Below the pieces are notes generated by a model. It had not been told where the DNA came from. It did not search any database and saw only the letters and a program-made list of their open reading frames with translations. This document shows positions 24,325-36,807 of a stretch of 64,000 nucleotides of DNA, one piece after another. Origin of the DNA: Monocercomonoides exilis PA203 (Eukaryota > Protista > Preaxostyla); the NCBI GenBank assembly GCA_001643675.2, contig LSRY02000053.1:62001-126000 (forward strand), in the 5' to 3' direction. Position 1 is the stretch's first letter. The number at the start of each line of letters is the position of its first letter. Both the position numbers and the translations under genes were made by a program.

Positions 24325-26890
24325 CAAAGATTCAACAGGCAGACATCATCAAAAGTATATTTGCCCAATTCACTCTTCCTCTTCATCGTCTCGTGTGATG
24401 TTCAGAAGGCGTCTTCCTCTCACTCGCACACAAACAGTCATTCTTTCTCAACAATCGCAGGCTGTTTCATCAACGCGACATTTCGTCCCCTCAAAAAAGA
24501 TATTCGTTGTGAATGCTCTTTTGTTTGACCTGCCAAGCCAATCTGTTTCTCAAACACAGCAACAGCCATATTCGTCAACATCCTCTTCGTTTTCTCCTTC
24601 TTCAATCTCTCCTTCAGCAGCCAGCTCAATTCGCCTCATGCAGCTTATGCAGCTCACACTGGGTATCAACAGAGAAGTGACAATAAACGAGACAGAGAGT
24701 CACTTTCCTCAAAAGATACAAGGCGCTCGTGTCCTCAACTCTGCCTCCGCACAGCCGATTGCCCAGAGCATCCATCCAATCATTCTATGCAGAGATCTGT
24801 CTGCTCCTTCGCTCGAAGACCCCGCTCTGCGCTTCCTTCTTCAGGGAGTGGAGACACAAACACACACATCCTTATGTCAAAGTGGAGTTGTTACAAGAGC
24901 ACTGACTGCTCCATCGATGACGAATGAGAATGTGGAGATGGCAGACACTACAGAAAAAATGAAAAGAAAAGAATTGACCCCTAAGAGGATTGGATGTGCT
25001 TGTGCGTAATGGAGAATAGAAAGAAGACTGAGACAAGAAAATGACTCTGCGATAACTTCAATTCTGCCACATTTGGATTCTCTCGCCCCATCATCATCTT
25101 CATCATCATCATCTTCTTCTTCTTCTTCCTATTCAAACAATTATACAAAATTAGCTCAATGCCGCCGTTTTGAAGAAGTAGACAGAATGTCTTTTCTTCG
25201 CGAAGAAGAAAATGAGCTGATGTTTGTTGTGTCAACAGCTGTGAAGCAGCGGAGGGCAGAATTAAAGCAGAAGAATCCAACGTATTTCAGACAAATGAAG
25301 CAAAAGGAGGCAGTTGCCAAAACTGTTTTGATGGAAAAGCTGAAAAGGAAAGAAATAGAACTTGCTCAATTTTCTTTGAGCAAAAATCTGAAGGAAAAGA
25401 TTGAAAAAAGAAAACGCAATGAAAAAGAGAGTTGTAAAAGGCATGATTCGAAGAATGTGTTAGATTCTGATTCAAAAATGAAATATAGAATTCAAACGAA
25501 AAAGAATGAAGAACAGATAGACAAAACTTCTTCGTGTTCATTTGAAATTCAACAAGTTCACCCTATTTTCCGTCAAACTTCATTTTCTTCACCAAAGTTT
25601 CGTATTTCTCGACTGCTTGGCGATTCAAGTTATTCATTTATGCATCCCTCTTCTCAAACTAATTCATCTTCGCCTTTTTCACCTTCGTTGGCTGAGACAT
25701 CAAAATCACCTTGTTCTTATTCATTGCTTGATATATCACAGTCTTCCACCTCTTCTTCTCCTTGGGACTTCAATCGAATTGCAAATGCGTCACTGTAAGC
25801 ACTTGTTACGCACATGTTTCAACCTCGTCACAGACGCTTTCCTTCGTCTCTTTCTGATCCGTATTCGCTTGTGTGGTGGATGCGCCTGGTGAGCGAAATG
25901 AATTTGTCATACAAAAATAAGAGTGATAATGATGATGACGGTGCTGATATCGAATTTGATGAAGATTCAAGTTATATGGAAATAGATGATGAAAGTGATG
26001 ACAGAACTGGAAAGACAATGCAACAAGAACAGCAAAGGTTGGCTCAAAGGAATTCATTTGCCATATGCAGTCAGGGCGATTGTGCCTCATTGTGCTTGAT
26101 GAACAGTCGAACAGATAGAAGAGTCAGATTCATGCAAAGTCGAAAGAGCAACCGGATAAATAATAATGCATTCACTCCACATGATTTTGATCAATCTCAA
26201 CTTCATCCAATATATTCTTTTGTATTGTCTTCATTTTCTCCTTCAACTCCTTCTTTTTCTTCAACGCCTTCTTTGATAAAAATCAAAAATAACGTTGAAT
26301 TGTTCATTTCATCCAACAACCCTCAGATTGGAAGGCAAACTACACCTTCGGCATCAATTTGGAAACACAAAAAGAAATATCTATTTTATCACAGAATATC
26401 AGCTGAAATTATATGGCAACGGAAACGATTTTATTTTTAGCGGAGAATAGCCGATTAGCAGAGTGAAATCAAAAAAGGAAGATGCTTTTCATTCATTTTT
26501 CAGTGAATGAAGGAGACACAGATGAAAAAGAAAAAGAATTGGAGAAATCCTTTTATGAAATGGATGGGTTCCAAAATGGCCTTCGACAGATTTCACAACT
26601 TCATATGCCTTCAATGGAACGAGAGGATGAATAAATAAGGAGAACATAATTTATTAGAAAACAAATGATCGAAGGATAATTCTATATTAAAAACGTGGAA
26701 CGAATAACAGATTGACAATTGAATATGAAAGATGAGGAAATTATAATATGTGGAAAACCTTCGAATATGCTTGAAGAAATTATTTTTGAAGAAAGGAAAA
26801 CGGATGATTCCTTAAAACAACCTTTGTTTTCTTTTGATGAAAAGGAGAAAATAGATGAAGAAATTTTGAAGAAGTATTTTTATCTGATCT
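21277..26890 (+). pseudogene. Large low-complexity Ser/Glu-rich gene; one frame from 21551 to ~26470 broken only by TAA/TAG
   Basis: ORFs 21551-21997, 21998-22411, 22481-23830, 23855-25009, 25073-25798 and 25814-26440 are all in the same frame, with no extra stops in the gaps. No domain recognised. Confidence 0.7.
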
Positions 26891-27439
26891 GACGTTGTAG
26901 ATTTTTGAAAAAATAAGCGATGATATCGACTTCAAATGAAAAGAAGATGAAAGCTCATGAATTTTTCTATGAAATGGAAAATGGAAGAATTAATATTAGA
27001 ATCAGATAAAGTTTTTCATTTCCAGTGATTTTAGTGTCAACCGCACTGAATGCAAGAGTCTTTATGAAAGTGAAAGTGGAGATGAGAAGAGAGAGGGAGG
27101 CATCGCTGAAGGGAGCAACGCATCCGAGAGTATACTCCACCGTGGCAAATGGGTTTTGCTGTGTTTTGCCACATTCATCAGAATAAGTTCCACCATTTGC
27201 AACGATTTTGTTCCCGTTGTTTGTTGCATCCTTTTCAACATTATCTCCATTTGACGAATCCGTTGAACTGCTCAGCAACAACAGGAACTTAATGATGAAG
27301 TTTCAGCAAAATTTATATTATACGCATCGCAACTTCTTTTGAAAATTCACAAAATTTATGTATATAAAGCCTTCCATAATGTTCTACAAATAATATTTTC
27401 TTCAAAAATTTTTGTATAGCAAGTTTTGAAACTTGTAAT

Positions 27440-27696
27440 TATATTTTTAAATTTATTTGTTCATTTTTTTAAATTTTAGGTTCATTTTTATTTTTCATGA
27501 TCAAAAAAAATTCTTTTCCACAAAAACTTCAAAAAGGTTTGTTTTTTTATTCTTAAAAACAAATCAAATATATATAACAAAAATAAAAGCAATATTCTTG
27601 AAATAAATTTAAAAAACTCGTTGATCATCAAATACCACAATAGATTTTATTTTTTCGATTTTTGATCTTTTTTAATGATGTTAAAAAAAATCACCC
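27440..27696. mobile_element. Orphan right end of a GGG...CCC (Sola-like) element
   Basis: Ends ...TTTTTTAATGATGTTAAAAAAAATCACCC. The subterminal ~220 bp is homologous to 20140-20360 (shared ATACCACAATAGATTTTATTT). No matching left end found in the window. Confidence 0.75.
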
Positions 27697-27700
27697 ATAT

Positions 27701-30700
27701 GGGTGATTTTTTATGGGATCATTAAATTCGACTCTTCGAATGTGACAGATAGAATTTGAGAAAAAAACTCTTTATTTTATTAAAAAATTTATTATAATAA
27801 TAAAAGTGTATTTTTCTTAGAAAAGCAATATGATTTTAATTTTATCCCTTAAAAAATGATCATAAATTGTCGATTATTTTGTTCCCCTCATTTATTTTTG
27901 TGAATACCACATTTGTATTTATTTTGCATATCCTCGAATATAAAGTTTCAATAAGATCGATATTACATAAACTATAAACTAACTTTTTATTTTTGATTTA
28001 AAAAATAATCTATTAGTTGTTATTTGTGTCAAACTATTATTTTCGTAAATATTGACCTTTTTTGTTTCAATAATTTGAATAGACATTTTAATTTTTTGAA
28101 TGGTTGTAAACATTTCAACATTTCAATGAATTGAAAAAACGAAAAGGTGAAAAATCGTCAATCTTGTATAATTTTTTGAAAGTTAATAAATATGAAATAA
28201 TAGAAGCAATGATACGTATGAATGAAAAACTATTTTCAAGTATTTGAACAAATTAATTGATTGCATATGTATTTTTTAAAAAAATTAATATTATCTGCAA
28301 TTAAAACATCAAAAGGCTTGAAATCAAAAACTCAAAATGATATTTATTATTTACTGAATCAAAACATGAATCACGTTTTTTGTCGATGTGATTTTCTCTT
28401 TCGCATTTTTTCTCATCTTTTTCTTTTTCCATTCATTCATTGTTAGAAGAAACAAATATCTGCAAGTTCTCATCGTTAGAAAACGTGTAAATTGGCGGAT
28501 GATTAACATTTCTGATCCTGATGCGAATGCGTTGTTCCTGTTATTGGAAGAGCTACCGATAGACGTTTTAGGGTATCTGAAAAAGCTTCTCGAGGTTGAA
28601 CCTTCACCAAAGTCTTCGCTTCACTCTGTGCCTTAATCATTTTCTCCATCCTCATCTTTTTCTTCAACTATAGTATAACTCCAATTTGGCTCTGCAATCT
28701 AGATGTTGAGAAGAAAAGAGAAGAATGTGACAGGTGTAATAAATCATCCGTATCTTCATCAGCTCCTGCGATTTGTCCGTCGGATGCCTCGGCTGTGGTG
28801 GCGTAATAGACGTCTGCAGCAGCTATGAATGACATCAAAATACGATTGCGGATTTTGGTGCCTAAGGCGGCTAGGGTGTACGCACAGAACAAGCAGATGC
28901 TGCTGCAGAAACTGCTGGGTTTTGTTGTGGTGCTGAGGGCGGTGCTGTTTGGGGGCATTGTGCGCACCTCTGATGTGGTGCTTTCGGTGATGTTTTCTAT
29001 TACGCTTGTTGCTCCGCTTCCGTCAATTGATGAATCGCTGTTGATGAAGTCTGGAAGCAAGAATATCTTTGTTGTGGAAGTGTGAATGCGTTCCCATCGA
29101 TCTTCAAATCTGTTGAGCCCGTCGCTGCTTTTGTCTGCGACAGCGTGGCTGATGTCGCGATCACAGCTGTCGAGGAGAGTTGTGGTGATGAATAAGGTGT
29201 AAGAGGAAGTGATGTGGAGAGTGTTTGCAGTGTGAAAAGTGCTGGAAAAGTTGGGGAGATGGTGGTGGAGGCGAAAAGGTTGAAGATGGAGTATGTCAAT
29301 CAGGTGATAAAAGAGATTGTGCTGGGTGTAATGGTGGAGCGAGAAGGAGCAGAAGAAGCAGAAGAAGTGGAAGAAGAAGGAAAAGACTGAGGAGGAGTGG
29401 TAGAATAGGGAAAAAAAAACATTAAGCGGTGAAACAGGAGACGGATAAGAAGTTCATGGAGTTCAACATGTGGACGAAATATATTTGAAATGACAAGCGG
29501 CTATTGAAGCTGACAAATTGCTAATGGAGGAGAACAGGAGAATGGCAATCTCATCCAGATGAGTGATTGGAAGATTCTTCAGCTGAGCGAGAAGTGCAAT
29601 GAAGAGGTGAAGGAGATGCAGGTCAGCCTGTAACGATAATGAGAAGGTTGAGCTGAGTGTTAAGTGGATTTCGAATGAAAAGAAACGCAAGATGCAACAG
29701 GGCGGAGTTGTGAGTGTGGATGGCAAGTGGAAACTTGTGGATTGAGGATTATGCATTTCATATCTTCTTCGTTGGTTTCTCTGTGAAAGAAGTGAAGGTT
29801 CTGTTTTTCATTTCGTTAATTCTTCAGTCGCATCTATGTGAAAAATTCCAGGAGATGTTTTCAACGAGCATAGAAGATTGCAGAGCTGTGATGTTCGACA
29901 CAAACCCGAGCTGGAAGTGTGTTGATATGAAAGCTGGAAGCAGAGTGGGTGTTGTGGGAGAAGCAAGCAGTGGTGGAGCAGAAAACATTGGCGATGGTGA
30001 TGGAGGATGAGTTGATACAACTGTGAAGCAGAAGATGAACCAGACAATGAATGAAACGAAGATTCTGAAAAAGCTGCTGAAAATGCACGCACAGACAACA
30101 AGAAAGCAGAAGGCGCTGTTCAAGGAGGTGATTGAGAATCAGAAGAAGAGTGAAGCTGTGCAGAAGGCGATGATTCACTGGGTTAAGCTGAACCTGAAGG
30201 ATTTTGCGGAGGAACGGATGTTTGGAAAGTTTGTTCATGAATTGTTCACTAAAAATGAACTGTTGTTCTTCATGCACTGTGACACGCTACTGCTTGAAGG
30301 GTGTTCTGTATCAGCAGCCGACAGAAGAGAGCGAAAACTTCCTGATAGAATCGTTCCGAATATTCCGGAAGTGCTCCAACATGTTGTTTGAAGTGGCTTC
30401 TGAGAAGAAGATCAAGATATTTATTTGTGAGTTTGAGATGATAACGTCGGAGAAGGGAGAGGCCTACGCGTCAGTGTTTCTGGGGTTTCTACCAAACAAC
30501 TACCGGGCAGAGGCAGCAAAGCGGAAGAAGGCGATAACGGTGATGTGTGATGCCTTTGTTCTGGCAAGGCATTGACTTCTTCGTCTTCTTCTTCGTCAAA
30601 ATTATCAGGTGCATCACAAATTCAGAGCTGGAGTCTCTTCTGCGTGCGCGCTATCCGCAGATGCAACATGCGCTGTCGCAACAATCCTTCTGAGATGCAT

Positions 30701-32719
30701 CCCATCTGTCGAGGTGCTTTCTGCCATCGTTTGCGTCTGTGCTGGAGGCGTACCAGCCTAACAACTTCATCGCGCTATTCCTGCGACTGCAAGACATGTT
30801 TGTTTCAACCGATAGACAAGTGTTTCTATCACCTTTATAGAACAGTGCCGCTGCGGATACTGTGAAATGGCACCTGGTGCTGCTGAAGCCTGCACTGTAC
30901 GACCTTTGTGTGTGCTTTCGGGGCTATCTGTAGGGGCAGGGCTGAAGCTGTGCTCGAAGGCTGTATAGGAGGCGGTGGGGAAGAAAGAAGGCGGTGAGCT
31001 TTGTTCAGGATTGTGCGGCTGCTAGTGAAGTTGGTGGGGATGCAGCGGAGGAGGAATGAGGTGGAAGGAGCGAACTGCTTTAGGGTGCTGCTGGTGAACG
31101 GGATGCTAGTGGTTTTGTTTCACAATCCGATTATACGGCAGAGCGAGGGAGGAGGAGAAGAGTCAGTGTCTTGACATGCAACAGCAGTATCTGCTTCTTC
31201 GGCGCAGCACAAACAGATTCAGAATAGCAAAGAATTGGCAATCAACAATATGCGGCTGTTCTTTGAATGTGCATTTGCTGCTATCGATCCTTTGATTTCT
31301 CAGATGACATTTTCATCGGAGCTATCATCTTCTTTTCCTTTTTCAACCACTTCTATCTCCTGTTTCTTGTCGTATTCTTTTTCTTTCAAAAAACTTTTGA
31401 AAGAAACAAATTAACAATTAACACTAAGAATTCACCGGTCTTCTTTCGACAAATTTCTGAACAATACATTTGAAAAGAAGAAGAAGAAAAAGGAGAAGGT
31501 TAAAACGAAGGAGGAGGAGGAGGAAGAAGAAGAAGAAGATGATGATAGAGGAATTTGTCTGTTTTCTTCTTGTCACATTGGAACAGAAGCACTGCTGCTT
31601 TGATGTTCAAAATGAGGCTAATTCTCTACATTCAATGCATTAAAAACACATGACGGCGAAGATGGCGAAGATGGCGTAGAAGGAGAAGAAGACGGAGAAG
31701 AAACCACATAATTCGTTTGAAATATTGATTGAAATGGATTGTCCTTGGGAATGACGCTCGTCGTAATAAAAACTGTTGGTTGGAATGGAAAAAAGATTAA
31801 AAAAAATAAATAATAAGAATTGGTATGACATTAATTATAAAAATTCCTCAAAAGAACACACCTGCCACCTCTTTCGCAAATGCAGAAGATTGTCCAATCA
31901 CTAATGCTGCCATTCTCCTTTTCCATTGTTTTCCTGTGCTTCTTTCTCCATCTTCCTTTATTCCCCACAAATATCCTGCTTTCGATGTTTTCATCCACTT
32001 TTTTTTTCTTAAATAATATTTCTGCATTTTTTCTTTCCAAGAGCTGTCCAATTGTTGGTATTCTTCTTTTTTTTCCCCTCTCATCCGAATGCTTTGAAAT
32101 CGAATTTGTTTTCATCTCATGTTCAAGTTGAATACGGAAAATATGCAATTCCTATCTGCTGGTTGTATCTCGCCATCCAGCTCTCTTCTGATACTTTCCT
32201 CAGAAAAGCAAAAAAATGATCATTCATAGAATTTTTCAGATTCTTGCACTCTGAGAAAGCTACAGATGAAAGCATCTTCACTGTGAATAGAACAATAAAA
32301 AATACAAACATAACAATTTTCAAATGCTATTTTGGAAAATGAATTTCCTTTAAAGCTGCTTTTTTAAATCATCTCGTTCAGTTCCATCGCCACTGTTTCG
32401 CTGTCACTGACCTTTTTACAGAGAAAAATATTATTTTTTGTCCCGCAGAAAATGTTCATTTTCTCTCCTCCTATCCTGTTCACATGGTTTCACGGAAAAA
32501 AAGATAACTGAACGATCAAATTTGCCATAGCATTTTTTCTTTCATAATGAAAATTTTTATTAAATCAATCGATTGCACGTTTTCAAATTCCAAAACAATC
32601 TCACAAGCAATTTTCAAACAATTTTTTTTCGATATTCAAAAATTGCAAGCACAAATAAAAAAAATTACTCATGAAAGATCAACGATGCAACGATTTTATG
32701 ATCTCATAAAAAATTAGCC
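27701..32719. mobile_element. Related GGG...CC TIR element (~5.0 kb) with host-gene cargo
   Basis: Left GGGTGATTTTTTATGGGATCATTAAATTCG; right CGATTTTATGATCTCATAAAAAATTAGCC (imperfect inverted match). Flanks ATAT vs GACT do not match. The right end abuts a truncated DIRS RT. Confidence 0.6.
28640..31300. pseudogene. Cargo fragments: minus-strand Ser/Thr-rich surface-protein piece (28668-29300) and plus-strand helical-protein piece (29700-31200)
   Basis: Broken ORFs with coding-like composition, separated by stops and frameshifts. Confidence 0.4.
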
Positions 32720-33231
32720 GACTCAAGAAATTATCGAGTGATTTCAAAAGTTGTGGCAAACCATCAACATGGAGAAGAGCGAGTTTTTCCCCAAGAAGAA
32801 CTTCATTTCCCTCGGATGGACATGGAAAACGAGTCGAATGATTGTCTCAGTGGAACAGCAGAGACTAAGAGAACTGAGGCAGGAATGTGTCAAATGGGTG
32901 AAGATAGTGATGAAGAACAGCTTTTCATTGACGAGAGACTTCGCTTCTTTCATAGGACAGCTCAGCGTTGCACGGTTCGTGTACATAGACGCCTCTTTAT
33001 ACATGAACAAAATGTACCATTTACTGAACAAGGAGGTCAAGAAAGATGGTTGGGAAGGAACGGTGTTCTTGAACATCAGCATAAAAAAACAATTGGACTT
33101 TTGGATCAAAAGGCTCAAGGAGAGACACAGAAATGAACTGGTGGATTTCTCGAAGCCCGACGCCAAATTAACGACAGATGCTTCCCCTTGGGCTTGCGGA
33201 GCAACCTTGTCAGTTGGAGGAAAGAGATTTC

Positions 33232-36200
33232 TGCATAGGTCTGAATCGTACGATTTTGTAAAAGCAACTAGAAACTTTGAAATTTGTTTATTATTAATTG
33301 TTATAATTTATATTAACTGATGTCACTCGGAATGAAGCAAAAAAACAATGTTGAAAATCAATGAAAAAATAAAATGATCGATGTCCCATGATAAAAATTA
33401 TTTTTGATCTATTCCACAATAACATTGTTTCAATATTTTTAAAGTATATTTTTCCACTTAATATATATTTTTACGTGTTCATGAATGTGGAGAATGTGTG
33501 TTTGATCCATTGTCATTTATGATTTTGATTTTTATTTGTTGATCTTCGGAAAAGAAGGCTGTTGCTTTTCGCAATCTATATAACTGAAAAAATAGTCAAC
33601 AAATGCAAGATGCAACAACTGTTTTAGTTATTGGACGAACTCATTTATTTCGTATGCGCGTAATGGATCAAAAACAAGAGAAACGAATGATTCGTGGGAA
33701 TACAATTCTTTTTCAGATGTTCAATTTTCTTAAGTGTTCAGCCATCAATAACAGTTTCGGTTTCACAAAGTTCTCTTTACAATTGTGTTATTTATAGTCT
33801 TGAAGGAGGAGTTCATTGTTTTAATGTTAGGTCAGTTAAAATTGTTAACAATTTCTTCAATTCATATCATGCACTTTTTTAATATGGAGGAGGAGGGGTG
33901 TATGCTTGCGAAATAATTTCATGTGCCCTTGTAAGTGGGTGCAGCTTCCAGATGTGCAAGGCTCGCTACGACGGGGGAGGTTTGAGATTTTTCAATATCA
34001 GTGAACCTGGATCAGGGTGCATCTATGAAGAAGATGGAGAAGGAGGGAGCTCGTGTGTGTTTGAGTGCAATTTCACTTCATGCTCAGTCACAAATACTGT
34101 TGGTGGAGGCATGCTTTGCCAAAACGTTCCTGCCACGCAATTCAAAGTGAGGAGCATTCAGTTTATTTCATGTTCAGCAACAGCAAATGGAGGAGGATTG
34201 TATTTTGAATCCAGAAACACAGCAGCTCCAACCAATTATTTTTATTGTTATTTTCTGTTCTTCCATGAATGCAAGTGCTCTGCAAATACGCCATATGGTC
34301 ACGATGCGATATATATTATGATCAATTCAATGTTTTTTTGAGCACAGGAAATCCGTTCTATGAATGTTACACAACAAACACGAATGAACAGAGGATGTGT
34401 TATGTGTATAATTATTCGAGTTCAGGGAGTTGGGTGTGTGATCAAACATCGAAAAAGGATTGGCTAAAGAGAGGGATACTCAATCGATTTGTGGCTGTGA
34501 GTGGAGGAAATGCAGAAGAGTTATGTGGGGCGAACGAATCATATACATACAGAGCCACTGGTGTTACAGTCATTCGGAGCGTGATCCAGGTGAGCCTGTC
34601 AGTCACACTGATGGAAGGGAATCATCAAAGTGAAACAACAACAATTGATATTGGATCAAAGAAGAGTTCAGTCATTGGGAAGGGAAGGATGGAGAGTTCG
34701 ATTGAAATGAAATCACTTTCATCAGCAGCAGCTGGAGCGCTATTCGGTGTGATGACAGGCCATCTTGGTTTATTGCGCATGAAGGTTAATTGTTACTCAG
34801 AAGCAGAAACTTCGCCGAGTGTGGTTGTGGTATCAGATGGAGGTGGGTCACTCTCATTGGAGGATGTTGTGATCACCACGAGTGTTTCTTCAGGAAATGT
34901 GATTCATTTTCAGTGTTTGTGGTGCCGATGTCACGGCTGTTGATGGTCGGCGTGGAGACAAAAAAAGTAAATTGAATTGCATCTCCTCAACGATTGAATT
35001 TGGCTCTTAAAGGGAACTGTGCGCAAAACCTGATCCTGGAAGAAGCTGTTTCTGAAACGAAAAGTGCTTTTTTTTAATAAATATTCTTCACTCATTTGTT
35101 GAACTTTTTTTTCCATTTTTTAAAAAAAGAAAACTTTTAAAACGACAAAATGAAAGAATTAATGTTTTCTTTAAAAATGAATTTTCACAAATTCGAAACA
35201 AGATCCAAAACAAAAACAAAACAAAACATTTATGTGAAAAATTCATCAAACATGGTACAAACATCAAGTGAATAAAAGAAAAAATTGATAATGGAACAAA
35301 AATGGGCTAGCACAGAATGGTTTTGAATTAAAAAAAAACCAACAATTTGAATGAGAAAAACCCTAGAATACAGAGATTGAAATCTCTCAAAACATCACAA
35401 AACAATTATCTGTGAATTTCCGAAGACAGATCCATCCCCTCTGTTCAAAGCACAATTCTTATGCCCCCTTTCCTTCATCTTCCTTCTCTTGTTTCAACAA
35501 GCTCCACACACTCCATGTGTTCTCCATCTCCCTCTTCTTTCCTCTCCTTTCAAAATGCCAACTGCCCCTCAACCTCACTCAACAGACACATCTGCTCCAT
35601 CAGCCATGTGCCCATCCAGCATCATTTTCTCCGCTTCATCCTCGCCCCCCAACAATCTGCCACTCATCATCCTCTCTCATTTCTTCTGTCTGCTTTTCTC
35701 ATCCTTTCTACTCCAAAACACATAGTATCTGTCACCTCCTTCAACATTGCCAACAACCTTGCCAGTGTGGAATCATCACACCTACAAACATTCCTCACCC
35801 CATTTCATTTTCCCATCGCAACATCTGCAATCCGCAATTCTTCTTCGTCATCCTCTTCGCACTACTTTCCATTTATACCAAGCTCAATAACCAAGCTCAA
35901 GAATTCTTGACCAACTTTTTCTAACACTCCGCACCTTTCCATTCCTTCCTTCAGTCTCAGCTTCGCTGCACATTCAAATCTCAGTCCATTTGCTTTTATT
36001 CTATTCATCTAACCTAAATACCTCTGAAAAAAGTCTTCCAACTACGCATTTCTTCTTCTTCTCCGTTGTTTCCACTGTTTTATTTGATTCATCAAAATTT
36101 CGATATTTTCCTCCTATGCATTCCTCTCATTCATGTTTTTCAAATCCTTATCGAAAATACTATCTTTTCAACACACATTCTAATCCTTCTTTCATTTCCT

Positions 36201-36807
36201 CCTTTCCGAAACAGCGATTCGCATTTTCCAACATTTCCATTGCATTCATAAACAAAGAATTGCAGGTTTCATTTATAATCGAAACTTTTTTCAGGAGCCA
36301 AATGCAAAATAAATGTTTCTATGTTGAAACAACAAAAAAATTAATTGATTTTTTAATAATCTTTAATATCAATAAACATTAATAAACATACCATTAGACA
36401 TGCATTCATCAACTTGTGTTTTGCATTTCCACTGTTTTACAAATACATTTTTACGTAAAAGCGGATATATCGAGTATTTTCTTATTTGGAAAGAATAATG
36501 ATAGATAAAAGAATATATATGATTAAACTTTCTAACTACAACAATAAAAATTAAACCTTTTCTTCAAATATAGCATTGAAAAATCGTTTGAAACTCCACA
36601 AAGTCTGAAAATTGAATAATAAATATCTTGCTTTTCAAAAGAAAATGTTATGGGACAGTGATCATTAAATTATTATTGAGTTTTTCAACATTGTTTATTT
36701 GCTTATTTCCGATAGATTTGAGTTTCAAATAATTATAACAATTAATAATTTGTGAATTTTTCATTTTTAAATGCCTTCAACAAAATGGTACGATTCAGAC
36801 CTATGCC
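33232..36807. mobile_element. Non-autonomous long-TIR DNA transposon (3576 bp), 8-bp TSD, carrying a surface-protein gene fragment (copy 1)
   Basis: TIR (T/G)GCATAGGTCTGAATCGTAC(G/C)ATTTTGT, extending imperfectly ~160 bp. TSD GAGATTTC at 33224-33231 and 36808-36815. Confidence 0.93.
33800..34943 (+). pseudogene. Cys-rich GGG-repeat (beta-helix-like) surface-protein fragment
   Basis: ORFs 33898-34341 and 34269-34943: repeated F..C.A...GGG(L/M) motifs, YGHD, NPFYECYTTNT. Frameshifted. Confidence 0.7.
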
